The notes beneath the pieces are model-generated. The model was not told the DNA's origin, did no database searches, and saw nothing but the letters and a program-made list of their open reading frames with translations. From a virus (lineage: Duplodnaviria; Caudoviricetes), in IMG/VR virus record IMGVR_UViG_3300033555_000001, positions 128,001-192,000 of that record: 64,000 nucleotides of DNA; one strand, written 5' to 3'. Positions 1-8,698 of this stretch are shown one piece after another; the first letter of the stretch is position 1; each line of letters opens with the position of its first letter. A program made the translations under genes and the position numbers.

Positions 1-1
1 C

Positions 2-958
2 GCAAATAAAGTTCGCACTAGCAACTTTAAGTCTACCGTACAAAAAATATGGAAAGATAGCGATGCAGTTACTAAAATAGCAGCGAAATTATCAGACCCA
101 GAGGGAGCAAAGAGCTTGCGCAAGGGTACATACACGCCGGGCGAAGAGTTTAGAATTTCAATTACATATGATTCTCCCAAAGACGCGCCGACTGCTGCGG
201 ATTTAAAGAGAGCATTTTATCCAGAATTTAAGAGTGTTACAATACAAAAACCTTCTGAATATTTTAAAGATGCAAAAACTTATACATATATCTTTGACTA
301 TAACGAAAATTTTAAATCAAAGCCTACTATGGAGAGCTTGACGACAGAGAAAAAAGCGATTGCTAGGGTAAAGGCAGCTTTAATGCAACCTCGTGATGCT
401 CAAGATCTTCGTGAGACTCAAGATGAGCGTGGCGAAGATTTTGTAATGACTGTAGCTTATGATTTTCCTGAGAACGCACCTACCGTAGCAGAACTAAAGG
501 ACGCTCTAGCTCCAGAATTTAAAAAAGTTCGACGTGAACGGTCACAACGAGATCGTAACGTGGCAATTTATTACTTTCAATACAACAAAGGCTTTAACGA
601 ACTGCCAACAATGGAGAGCTTGACCGAGGCATTTGGCCCGCTGGAAGCACTGTCTCACTCTGATTTGCAGAACTTTAATTTGGATGAGCCAGTTGCAGGA
701 CCTGCGTTAATGGCTGGCTATGAAGGTGGTGGCACTCATGAGGATACTGTTCTTGCACTTGGTGTAGATCCAGATGCAGATGATGAAAACAAATCACTGC
801 GAGTTGGTATTGATGGTCCATGGGACGGCATGCTGCACGCTAAGTACTTTCAAAATAATAAAGAAGGCTACAAGGCCGCGCTTGATTACGCTAACATGCT
901 GCGCACCGCTAATTTAAAATCAGGCGGTCGCCCAAAGGGCTGGAAAGACAATAACTAA
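2..958 (+). CDS. 5'-truncated protein with tandem ~95-aa repeats separated by PTMESLT linkers; probable head/internal protein
   Basis: The frame is open from base 2, so the TTG at 116 is not the true start. Two similar blocks (YDSPKDAPTAADLKRAFYPEFK / YDFPENAPTVAELKDALAPEFK) each end in PTMESLT. Confidence 0.7.
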   Translation, partial: ANKVRTSNFKSTVQKIWKDSDAVTKIAAKLSDPEGAKSLRKGTYTPGEEFRISITYDSPKDAPTAADLKRAFYPEFKSVTIQKPSEYFKDAKTYTYIFDYNENFKSKPTMESLTTEKKAIARVKAALMQPRDAQDLRETQDERGEDFVMTVAYDFPENAPTVAELKDALAPEFKKVRRERSQRDRNVAIYYFQYNKGFNELPTMESLTEAFGPLEALSHSDLQNFNLDEPVAGPALMAGYEGGGTHEDTVLALGVDPDADDENKSLRVGIDGPWDGMLHAKYFQNNKEGYKAALDYANMLRTANLKSGGRPKGWKDNN

Positions 959-1341
959 TGCTGTTAAGCCAAATCAGAGAGGAAGTTTCGCAAAAGCAGC
1001 TTGACCAAGTTGAGCTCTTTGCGGACCGGTTGTGGGGTAGGTTGGGCGTTGATGTGTCGTTTACTCGGCACTTTATTGAGCGGCTAAATGACTCACGTAA
1101 TGGAAAAGAAATTTCCTCGGCAGAACTGATTAGGCTGTTTAAAAAAGAGTATGAGGCCTATGGCGATAAAATCAGCGGGATTACCGCTGATGGCGAAGCT
1201 GTAATGTTAGATCTTTTGACAAGCATTAATTTGCCATTTGTGATGAAAACCGCGCGTGACGGTTCCAGAGAACTTGTCGCAAAGACGGTAATGCGCAAGA
1301 AAGATTTTAAATCCAGTGATCAAATTTACAAGGTTCAATAA
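958..1341 (+). CDS. conserved phage protein, possible BECR/RelE-like fold
   Basis: 127-aa ORF whose start overlaps the upstream stop (TAATG). FTRHFIERLNDSRN..IS..ELIRLF resembles the DUF4258-type H..ER..R.I pattern. Confidence 0.55.
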   Translation: MLLSQIREEVSQKQLDQVELFADRLWGRLGVDVSFTRHFIERLNDSRNGKEISSAELIRLFKKEYEAYGDKISGITADGEAVMLDLLTSINLPFVMKTARDGSRELVAKTVMRKKDFKSSDQIYKVQ

Positions 1342-1883
1342 TGGAACCAGTTGAAGTAGATGGTTGGAATGTTGCGCACTTAAACGGCGGGTTGCTCTTA
1401 AGCTCAAACGATTTTATGGTGCAGTTTAGCCCATCAGAAGTTGATAAGTTACTTAACATTCTAAACACCCAAACCCCCGGAAAACTGCGTGACACGCGTG
1501 GCGATGTTGTTACCGTAATCCCTGAAAAAAATCACGTGATCCTTACTAGAGCCTCTGATGAGATATACCCTGGTGGTATTATTCTTCCTGTAGACGCGTT
1601 CTCTGATTTTGACGAGGATGAGCCAATTGTAGAGGGCATTAAACCAGCGTTTAGACGAGTTGGAAATAAAATTAAGCGCGGTTATAGAGTTACTAGTGGT
1701 CGCCGTAAGGGTCGAGTAATTGTAAATCGTGCTACTGCAAATAAGCCGCCAATCAGCGGCCGGACTCGCGCTAAGCTAAGAATTGCTGCTCGTAGAAACA
1801 AATTTGTTCGGGCACTAAAATCTAAAATGACACGCAGAAAAGGCGCAAGTATCCGCTTACGCCGAATGAACCACACGGATTAA
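1341..1883 (+). CDS. putative prohead-core-like protein with a strongly basic C-terminal domain
   Basis: 180-aa ORF with TAATG coupling. An acidic linker DFDEDEPIVE is followed by the K/R-rich GIKPAFRRVGNKIKRGYRVTSGRRKGR, a pattern seen in T4-like prohead core proteins. Confidence 0.5.
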   Translation: MEPVEVDGWNVAHLNGGLLLSSNDFMVQFSPSEVDKLLNILNTQTPGKLRDTRGDVVTVIPEKNHVILTRASDEIYPGGIILPVDAFSDFDEDEPIVEGIKPAFRRVGNKIKRGYRVTSGRRKGRVIVNRATANKPPISGRTRAKLRIAARRNKFVRALKSKMTRRKGASIRLRRMNHTD

Positions 1884-1884
1884 C

Positions 1885-2031
1885 ATGGACTTTAGCGCGG
1901 CCAGAGAGAAAATTATTGAATTGCAGGTTGAACTTGCAAAAGATAAACCCGGTTCAAAAGATCCAAAAATAGAGGCGTTGGTAATTGCGCTGATGAGAAC
2001 CCGCACCGCACTTGAAAAGCTCATGACATGA
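1885..2031 (+). CDS. small hypothetical protein (48 aa, MDFSAAREKIIELQ...), below the ORF-track cutoff
   Basis: ATG lies 1 nt after the upstream stop; its TGA overlaps the next ATG (ATGA), so it fills the gap exactly. Confidence 0.6.
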   Translation: MDFSAAREKIIELQVELAKDKPGSKDPKIEALVIALMRTRTALEKLMT

Positions 2032-2708
2032 CTTTTTCCTACCAAGATTACAGTACCGAGAGCGTCAAGGGTTGCAGGTACTACATAACTCCAGCTGGCG
2101 CTTTTCCTTCAATTACAACCGTGCTTGGTGGCAGTGAAACAGCCGAGAAAAAGGCGTCTCTTGAGAACTGGCGAACATCGCTTGGTCAAGAGAAAGCTGC
2201 AGCCGTATCAAAGAAAGCCACAGATCACGGCACAATGGTTCACTTGTTAACTGAGCGATTCCTAAAGGGAGAAGATGTTTTTGCTCCTGTAAATGGTGCA
2301 CCGGTTCCTGGACCGGATATGATGGCATTTAATGCGCTAAAACTTAAGCTCAAACAAATCAACGAAATTTGGGGTCAAGAGCAGTCGCTGTACTCGCCAT
2401 CGCTTGAAATTGCTGGCCGGTTTGATTGCATTGGGCTCTATAAAAATATACCTTCAATCATTGATTTCAAGACCGCTAGCCGCCTCAAGACGCGCAAGGA
2501 CATTGAAGACTATGAACTGCAACTGTTCTTTTATGCCACTGCGCATAACGAGCTCTTTGGTACTGACATTAAGCGTGGTGTAATTCTAATGAGTTCCGCA
2601 GGCGGTATGCCACAGGAATTTGTTGTGGATTTTACTGAGGATCATCTCTTAAAGCTAAAAGCTCGTGTCGCTATCTTCTACGAAAAACTTCTAAAAGACT
2701 TTGAATAG
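2028..2708 (+). CDS. PD-(D/E)XK exonuclease (Cas4/lambda-exo-like)
   Basis: PSITTVL N-terminal motif, G..VH..E, GRFDCIG..IIDFKT and YELQL..YA motifs. Confidence 0.85.
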   Translation: MTFSYQDYSTESVKGCRYYITPAGAFPSITTVLGGSETAEKKASLENWRTSLGQEKAAAVSKKATDHGTMVHLLTERFLKGEDVFAPVNGAPVPGPDMMAFNALKLKLKQINEIWGQEQSLYSPSLEIAGRFDCIGLYKNIPSIIDFKTASRLKTRKDIEDYELQLFFYATAHNELFGTDIKRGVILMSSAGGMPQEFVVDFTEDHLLKLKARVAIFYEKLLKDFE

Positions 2709-2738
2709 TCCTAGCCTCTAGCAGGTTCCTGAGACGTG

Positions 2739-2744
2739 TAAATA
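2739..2744 (+). promoter_or_regulatory. late promoter core TAAATA
   Basis: Intergenic GTAAATAG upstream of the GGAG RBS of ORF 2772; resembles the T4 late consensus TATAAATA. Confidence 0.6.
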
Positions 2745-2771
2745 GAGCATAGTTTATTTCTTGGAGTCTAC

Positions 2772-3260
2772 ATGTCTGCGCTTAACGAATTTACAATGAA
2801 CCTTCCTATGATTGGCACGTCTCCAATCGGCAATACTGTTAGTGAATTACCTGCTGAAGTACCGGCTGACCAGGTTCCAGCAGAACCTGAAATGTACGAT
2901 GTCACGGCAGACACTGAATTGCCCGCGTGCATTAGCCCAGAGTGCTCCCATATTACGGTAAGTGTAGACAGCGCGTCTGGAGCTGGTCCTTATTCTGATA
3001 GTTCACCTGAGGTATTCGTGGATCTTGTTCTCAATGTTAACATTATGGAGAAACCTGAGGACGGTTCTGTTGGCTATGGCACTACACGCACATACAAAAT
3101 AGTAAAACGGGTTTCTCTAGATAAATTAAAGCTTGCTTTTCAAGCTGAGTCTGAAACGCCTGTTAGCATTGTAGAAGCCCTTTCCCCAGAAGCCCTGCAA
3201 AAACAAGCCGCATCAGCACGCGCCGCTCAGCGCGCACGTCAACTTGCCGGTCTAGAATAA
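2772..3260 (+). CDS. hypothetical acidic protein with a scaffold-like C-terminal motif
   Basis: 162-aa ORF with GGAG RBS; ends RARQLAGLE, compare the scaffold end LQRLAGISK. Confidence 0.6.
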   Translation: MSALNEFTMNLPMIGTSPIGNTVSELPAEVPADQVPAEPEMYDVTADTELPACISPECSHITVSVDSASGAGPYSDSSPEVFVDLVLNVNIMEKPEDGSVGYGTTRTYKIVKRVSLDKLKLAFQAESETPVSIVEALSPEALQKQAASARAAQRARQLAGLE

Positions 3261-3269
3261 GGAAAAATT

Positions 3270-4157
3270 ATGCACCCAATCATTATCATGTCGTATGACA
3301 GATCGCCCGCAATTAAAAAGGCGATAGAGATTTTAGAAGACGCCGGTTTAGAAGTTCGTTTGCTGAACACTAACAGCGCTCGCTTGGCAGATTTTTTGGG
3401 TGCCTTGGCGGGTGACGAAGATGACGATGATAAGGAAGACAGTAAAAAAGACGCGCCAGTTGTTGACACGGAAATTGCTGATGCGGCTAAAGATGCAGCT
3501 GACGCTTTTGACGACGATGCCGCAAAACCTGAAGTTGCCCTAGAGTGCATTATCGATGGAGAAAAAGTAAAAGTTCTGGTGGTAGAAGGAACAGGTATTA
3601 TGCTGCACCCATCGTCAATTACTGCCGGCGCTCGCACTGTGTACTCCATTAATGAATCGCAATTTGCCTTTTGGCCAAGCGCGATTTCAAACGCGCCTAT
3701 TACTGAGGAAGTAGAATTAAAGTTTGAAAATGTCAGTGGGCACTTTGAAATTGTATTAAGTGAAGAAGCGCAAAATCCACCAGTGCTTAAAATTGGGCGT
3801 AACTGGCTGATGGAAGCAGACTATCCAAAGAACAGTTGGGCAATCATGAAGGGTTATCACTTCGAAAAAGGCTCGGTCAATTTAGAAGACATCCGTAAAG
3901 AGCGCTTGGTAACTGCACAGCTATGTATGAAGAACGATACAGGCAGATTAATGTGGATTCTGACATCTGGAGATGGTTATGAAGTCGGACACACTCACGA
4001 CATTCATAATGATCAAACGCTACGCCCAATGGGTTCTGTAAAGGTAATCGCAACTGTTAAGCTGGGCGAGACTGCCGCAGAAGATAAAATTACCGGCAAA
4101 GCGCCTGAAGGTAAAGACATTACTAAGCTTTCAGCTCCAGTGTACGTTTTTAAATGA
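3270..4157 (+). CDS. hypothetical acidic protein
   Basis: 295-aa ORF with AAGGA RBS and an acidic tract. Confidence 0.65.
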   Translation: MHPIIIMSYDRSPAIKKAIEILEDAGLEVRLLNTNSARLADFLGALAGDEDDDDKEDSKKDAPVVDTEIADAAKDAADAFDDDAAKPEVALECIIDGEKVKVLVVEGTGIMLHPSSITAGARTVYSINESQFAFWPSAISNAPITEEVELKFENVSGHFEIVLSEEAQNPPVLKIGRNWLMEADYPKNSWAIMKGYHFEKGSVNLEDIRKERLVTAQLCMKNDTGRLMWILTSGDGYEVGHTHDIHNDQTLRPMGSVKVIATVKLGETAAEDKITGKAPEGKDITKLSAPVYVFK

Positions 4158-4164
4158 TCATATT

Positions 4165-4365
4165 ATGCTAGTCCAATATAATCATCTTTCAGAGCTCACA
4201 GCTGCCGATCTTCAACGCTTAAAAGTTAAAGTTATGAATTCGCCGGTTGGTGGGTCACCAGTATTCTTAGACGACAAAGTATTTCCTCTTACGGAAATTA
4301 TGGCGCAAAAGAAAATTTGGGAAGCAGAAACTCAACTAACGTCAAAGAAAATTCTACTCGGATGA
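4165..4365 (+). CDS. small hypothetical protein
   Basis: 66-aa ORF whose stop overlaps the next ATG (ATGA). Confidence 0.55.
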   Translation: MLVQYNHLSELTAADLQRLKVKVMNSPVGGSPVFLDDKVFPLTEIMAQKKIWEAETQLTSKKILLG

Positions 4366-4997
4366 TCCATAGCCCATTTCACGTTGTAGAAAACTTTATT
4401 TCTCCGCTGCAGTGCGAATCACTGATTAGCGCTCTGGCGCTGACGCGGCCGGACTACGCTGAGAACGGTCAGCCACTCAAGCACGAGCGCCAGGTTCCAT
4501 CAGAACACGGTGGAAGTCTTCTAGGTGAGCTGTCAGCAATTGAGCCACTTATTGAGCGCCGCTATTCAGGTGCTGTTCAGAATACTCAACTGCTATTTCA
4601 ACAGTACTGGGAAAATGCAAAAGCGCCGGCCGAGGGACTTGGATGTGAGAGCTCTAAATTCCTACGCAAAAAATGGACGCGTATTAAAGACGTTGATTTA
4701 GTTGGGTTTATTTGGCTTAAAGATTTTCACAACACTGTGCCACTTGATCCGCGGCATGAGGTGTACGGCGGCAAAATAGAATTTCCCGGTTACGACTTTA
4801 GCCTGACACCAGTGCGAGGAACTCTGGTATTATTTCCGGCAACACCTCATTTTGTAAGCGCAATTTCTCACGTCCTGTTAGGATCGTTAGAACAGATTAA
4901 AGTAACAATGAAGCTCACGCAAGATGGAGCTGCCTGGCAATACATGGCCGCTAATTTTCCAGGGTCGTATCAGGAATGGTTTACTGAGGAGTTGTAA
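4362..4997 (+). CDS. 2OG-Fe(II) oxygenase-like (P4H-like) protein, possibly degenerate
   Basis: HVVENFISPLQCE N-terminus and YGGKIEFP...PVRGTLVLFP core. Start moved to the ATG at 4362. No clear HxD/E is present. Confidence 0.65.
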   Translation: MIHSPFHVVENFISPLQCESLISALALTRPDYAENGQPLKHERQVPSEHGGSLLGELSAIEPLIERRYSGAVQNTQLLFQQYWENAKAPAEGLGCESSKFLRKKWTRIKDVDLVGFIWLKDFHNTVPLDPRHEVYGGKIEFPGYDFSLTPVRGTLVLFPATPHFVSAISHVLLGSLEQIKVTMKLTQDGAAWQYMAANFPGSYQEWFTEEL

Positions 4998-5007
4998 AAC
5001 GCAGTAC

Positions 5008-5925
5008 TTAGGAATATCGCTTCCAGGATCCAGCAGTAGCAGAAGATCCTACCCACTCAAATACTTGATTTAGAGTTCCCAAAGATCCGTCATCTAGTTC
5101 TGCGTAGTTTAAATGAATCAGCGATCTTTCAGGCCCAGTGTTAATTGAACCTGGGTCTGAGGGTAAACCATCTCCCCCTGATAAATTCATAGGTTCAAAT
5201 GCTGTCAACATGACGGCGTCTGCACCATCATCAAATTTATCTGCGTTCATAGTAGTATCTACTACGGTATCTGGCACGGCTTTGACACGACCAGGCATAA
5301 TAATCCACGGATCTTCTTGATTCACGGTGTCGCGCAGGGCATCTATACTCCCACCCATAGCGCTCATCATACTTGTCGGATCGGTGGAGCTGGTAAGCAC
5401 CAGTGGATACCGGCGGACGCGCGGCTTCAGCACTAACACTCCATTTTCACTCCACTCGGTGCTACTAATTTTAAAAGCTAAACCGGGAGCGCTAAACAGC
5501 TTTCCAAGTACTACTGTCCCTAAATTTTTAACTAGAATTCCAATATCGCCGGCTATTTGCCACCTAATGCCTGTAATAACTGCGCCTAACACTCCATCGG
5601 TGTCTCTTTCTATTCTGACTTCTTGATCGTGCGGTAACTTAAAATCGTACACGACAATCTCGGGAACATTCATTCCACTTGAGAAAAGTTCTGGCGGCAT
5701 AAGTCCGGTATGGTGCGTTATAAAAACACCCATTGGATTAAGCACATCAGAAAAATCTTCTAGGACCGCAACTTTGATTTGGTTAGCTGATTGGCCCAGC
5801 TCACGTGATCGGAAAAAAGTACCACCGGCAGTTAGTCTAGCTCGAGTTGCAGATCTAGTTTGCAGCTTAATTGGGCCAACTGGTGCGGGCTTGTAGGAAT
5901 ATAGCTTGGGATCGTTCAGCGCCAT
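5008..5925 (-). CDS. putative virion protein with tail-sheath-like motifs
   Basis: 305-aa ORF coupled to the PAAR gene; contains FRSRELGQSANQIKV and NLSGGDG motifs. Confidence 0.45.
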   Translation of the reverse strand: MALNDPKLYSYKPAPVGPIKLQTRSATRARLTAGGTFFRSRELGQSANQIKVAVLEDFSDVLNPMGVFITHHTGLMPPELFSSGMNVPEIVVYDFKLPHDQEVRIERDTDGVLGAVITGIRWQIAGDIGILVKNLGTVVLGKLFSAPGLAFKISSTEWSENGVLVLKPRVRRYPLVLTSSTDPTSMMSAMGGSIDALRDTVNQEDPWIIMPGRVKAVPDTVVDTTMNADKFDDGADAVMLTAFEPMNLSGGDGLPSDPGSINTGPERSLIHLNYAELDDGSLGTLNQVFEWVGSSATAGSWKRYS

Positions 5926-6224
5926 TATGACTCGATTGAAACGTCAGGAGATCCGGTTGTGGCTACCCCATCGTGAATTTTTTTACCGCACTTGTGTGGA
6001 GCAATCTTTGTTACGCCAGTAAGGGCTACGGGCCTGTTGTTAACAAAAACAGTTGTGGACCAGCCGCCAATAAAAACAGTTGGTGGAAAGCAGCCATGGC
6101 CGGTGGTAGATGGAGTCTCTTGAGTGGTGATGGGCAGCCCATTTGCAAAAACATTTGCACTGCCGCCTGCGGCATGATCACCGCAACTTACACTGTCACC
6201 TATTCTTACTGTGTTTCCGCTCAT
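5925..6224 (-). CDS. gp5.4: PAAR spike-tip protein (gp5.4-like)
   Basis: RIGDSVSCGDH..GSANVFANG, HGCFPP, STTVFVNNRPVA, H.C...HDG..TGSPDV. Confidence 0.9.
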   Translation of the reverse strand: MSGNTVRIGDSVSCGDHAAGGSANVFANGLPITTQETPSTTGHGCFPPTVFIGGWSTTVFVNNRPVALTGVTKIAPHKCGKKIHDGVATTGSPDVSIES

Positions 6225-6227
6225 TCA

Positions 6228-6806
6228 TTATTTAGAATCCGGAGCCGGATCTGAGGCGGCAACGTTAATGGTATCAGTAAAACCTAGCCTGCACAATTCA
6301 AAAAACAGTTTTCCAGGACTTACGATTATGGACGGCAGTTGTATTCCGCCCGCAATAAGCGCGCTGGCGCAGAGTTCACTGCATACCTGCCCAGTGCCCT
6401 TTCGCCCAATATCAGTGTTAAAGAATTCTTTAAGTCCTATTGAAACTAAATTGTATAAACTATAAGGTTGAATGTTTACGCGACTCATGAGCGCCGGTTC
6501 CATGTCTGTAAAAAGCACTTTTGCGGAAGTTAGCTGCACTGTTATGCGGTGTGAGCTGTATGTGCTTAGCGGTAAAATACGCTTTCCGGCAAACATATTA
6601 GCCTCTACTATCATGAGGCGCTTTTCACCAGAGGGGCTCGTCATCCACAGCGCTACGCCATTATGATATATTTCTGATCCGGTAAAAAACCAGATTCCGG
6701 AATACAAGAGAGACTTAAGAGCAAACTTTTTAGGTATGAACACGTGAATAATATCGCCGTTAGAAATAACCTCACGCGCTTCTTGGTAAGTGATTGTTCT
6801 AGACAT
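6228..6806 (-). CDS. permuted papain-like (NlpC/P60, YiiX/YaeF-type) amidase
   Basis: GDII near the N-terminus; His motif SEIYHNGV precedes Cys motif QVCSELCA (permuted order). Confidence 0.75.
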   Translation of the reverse strand: MSRTITYQEAREVISNGDIIHVFIPKKFALKSLLYSGIWFFTGSEIYHNGVALWMTSPSGEKRLMIVEANMFAGKRILPLSTYSSHRITVQLTSAKVLFTDMEPALMSRVNIQPYSLYNLVSIGLKEFFNTDIGRKGTGQVCSELCASALIAGGIQLPSIIVSPGKLFFELCRLGFTDTINVAASDPAPDSK

Positions 6807-6813
6807 AATAGAC

Positions 6814-8445
6814 TTATAGCGGTAAGGATTTACAATACGATCTTACTTGTTCAACTCTTCTCAGCCAGCCCGCTTTAAACGCTGCTTTAGACGGAGCTTT
6901 TTCTACTTTTCCGAGCAAATACGCCTTCATTGAATTACACACGGCGTCAACGGATTCAACGTCTGATAAAGCAGAAATATTAGCCCGCGTCAAAATTGTA
7001 TTTGCGCCACCAAGCCCGCATAAAAAACCAATATTAAATATTGCAATCGCAGTACGTGGTTTATCTTGAGCCAGCGCTGAAGGTCTTTTACCATTCCAGA
7101 ATGAGCTGTATCCTGCGTCACGCGCCTGTTGGTACTTGACGTCTGTTACTTTAATGTTCTTGTTAAACACCTGCGCAATACCGAATTTTGTTTCACCGCC
7201 CGGATCTTTAGGATGATTTACATAGCCTACTTTTCTGCGCTGAGTTTTTGTACTGATTAACCCGTCGCTAACTTCTTGATCAGTAGGCGGCGTTGCCTGC
7301 CATGCAATTACTTCAGTAGCCATAGTGAGTGCCCACGCAAGCTCAAATAAATCAGTGGTGGCCGGTGCAGCTGTGATTGGCACAGCATCTACAGTGTTTG
7401 GGTACCCTGGCCCAAAGGGCGCGCATCCACCTGATCTGGCTCTGGCATTTTCAGGAGTGAGAACGGCGTCTGATGTTCGTGTTTCCAACGACGTTGGATC
7501 CGCGGAGTTGTCTGCGTTAGTGCGCTGCGCCACAGCAAGTGAACCTCTGATGAGCGGCTCAGGATCAATCCTGGTATCATTTGGGAGGCGGCATTCAAAG
7601 TGCAGGTGAGCACCAGTGCCATGCCCGGTATTTCCTTCTTGACCAATCACTTGCCCAGCAATAACTTTTTGATTTTGCGCTACCAGCATTGTGTCTAGGT
7701 GCATGTACACTGTAGTGCACAAGTGTTCGCCAGCCGCGTTAACGTGTTTAATTTTAATGTAATTACCAGCGCCCCTGGGCTCAACCCCTTTAAACACAAC
7801 CTCACCATCCGCTGCCGCCAATACGGGACCAAGCTTGCCGCCCTTGTAGGCAAAGTCGCAGCCCTTGTGTGGCTTGACGATTTTATCGTTGGGGTGTAAG
7901 CGTGCAATACTGAAGCGAGAAGTAACAACCGAGCCAGGAAGAGGGTGTATGAATTGAATACTGCTTGATTTGCTGCCAATTGCTGGTGAGAAAGTATAGC
8001 CGCGCTTATCAATTAACCCAGCGGCGTCTGAGGCCGAGACAACTATCTTAAATGTTTTGCCGAGATTTGGCGCAGAAAAAACACCAAACAGCCGAGCGGT
8101 AGGACCTGCTGAAGTAAATGCCACGCCTGACCATGTTGGTATTTCAGTAGACTCTGCATACCTAATTGACCAGGATGTTGGTGTGCGTTGCTCTCCGGCC
8201 GGCAGTGATTGTAGTTTGAAAGTAGTGTCTACGTTACCGGCGCTGTTAAGAGAAATAGAGGTTGTGTCTATTTTGTTTGCGACATTTCCAGTAGCGTCAT
8301 GATGCATGCCAGTAGGATTGTTTGCGGTTGCCATAAAGCAATCCGCGGTTTCTCCTGGCAGCGGCTGATTGTCCTGAATGCCAGTGGCCCGGTCGGCCCC
8401 TGCACCCTGAACTACAACCGGCGGTTTAGGGCAGCAACCAGCCAT
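6814..8445 (-). CDS. multidomain peptidoglycan hydrolase: Ig-like + M23 endopeptidase + GH108 muramidase + PG-binding
   Basis: M23 motifs HKGCDF, YMHL and HLHFE; GH108 motif GYVNHPKDPGGETKFGI; C-terminal GWLRRV. Directly downstream of the spanins. Confidence 0.85.
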   Translation of the reverse strand: MAGCCPKPPVVVQGAGADRATGIQDNQPLPGETADCFMATANNPTGMHHDATGNVANKIDTTSISLNSAGNVDTTFKLQSLPAGEQRTPTSWSIRYAESTEIPTWSGVAFTSAGPTARLFGVFSAPNLGKTFKIVVSASDAAGLIDKRGYTFSPAIGSKSSSIQFIHPLPGSVVTSRFSIARLHPNDKIVKPHKGCDFAYKGGKLGPVLAAADGEVVFKGVEPRGAGNYIKIKHVNAAGEHLCTTVYMHLDTMLVAQNQKVIAGQVIGQEGNTGHGTGAHLHFECRLPNDTRIDPEPLIRGSLAVAQRTNADNSADPTSLETRTSDAVLTPENARARSGGCAPFGPGYPNTVDAVPITAAPATTDLFELAWALTMATEVIAWQATPPTDQEVSDGLISTKTQRRKVGYVNHPKDPGGETKFGIAQVFNKNIKVTDVKYQQARDAGYSSFWNGKRPSALAQDKPRTAIAIFNIGFLCGLGGANTILTRANISALSDVESVDAVCNSMKAYLLGKVEKAPSKAAFKAGWLRRVEQVRSYCKSLPL

Positions 8446-8448
8446 AAC

Positions 8449-8697
8449 TTATTTGCAGCTCTTAAGGGCCGCGCGCTGCTCGATTTCATAAGCGGTAGAC
8501 AGCTCGCGATCACCCAACAAATCCCTGATTGCGTCAAACACCGAAGTATACGGCGGCTCGTACTGATATGTAGGCTGCGCAGGATCAGGGGTAGCGCACG
8601 GTACTGCAATAGGAATATTCACTGTTTCGGGAATTTTTACCCCGCTTGTAGCGCAACCGCTCAAGAACACAGTTGCGACTAAAATTGCTAATTTCAT
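8449..8697 (-). CDS. outer-membrane lipoprotein spanin (o-spanin, Rz1-like)
   Basis: Start moved to MKLAILVATVFLSGC (lipobox LSGC); Pro-rich body with further Cys residues; follows the i-spanin. Confidence 0.8.
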   Translation of the reverse strand: MKLAILVATVFLSGCATSGVKIPETVNIPIAVPCATPDPAQPTYQYEPPYTSVFDAIRDLLGDRELSTAYEIEQRAALKSCK

Positions 8698-8698
8698 A

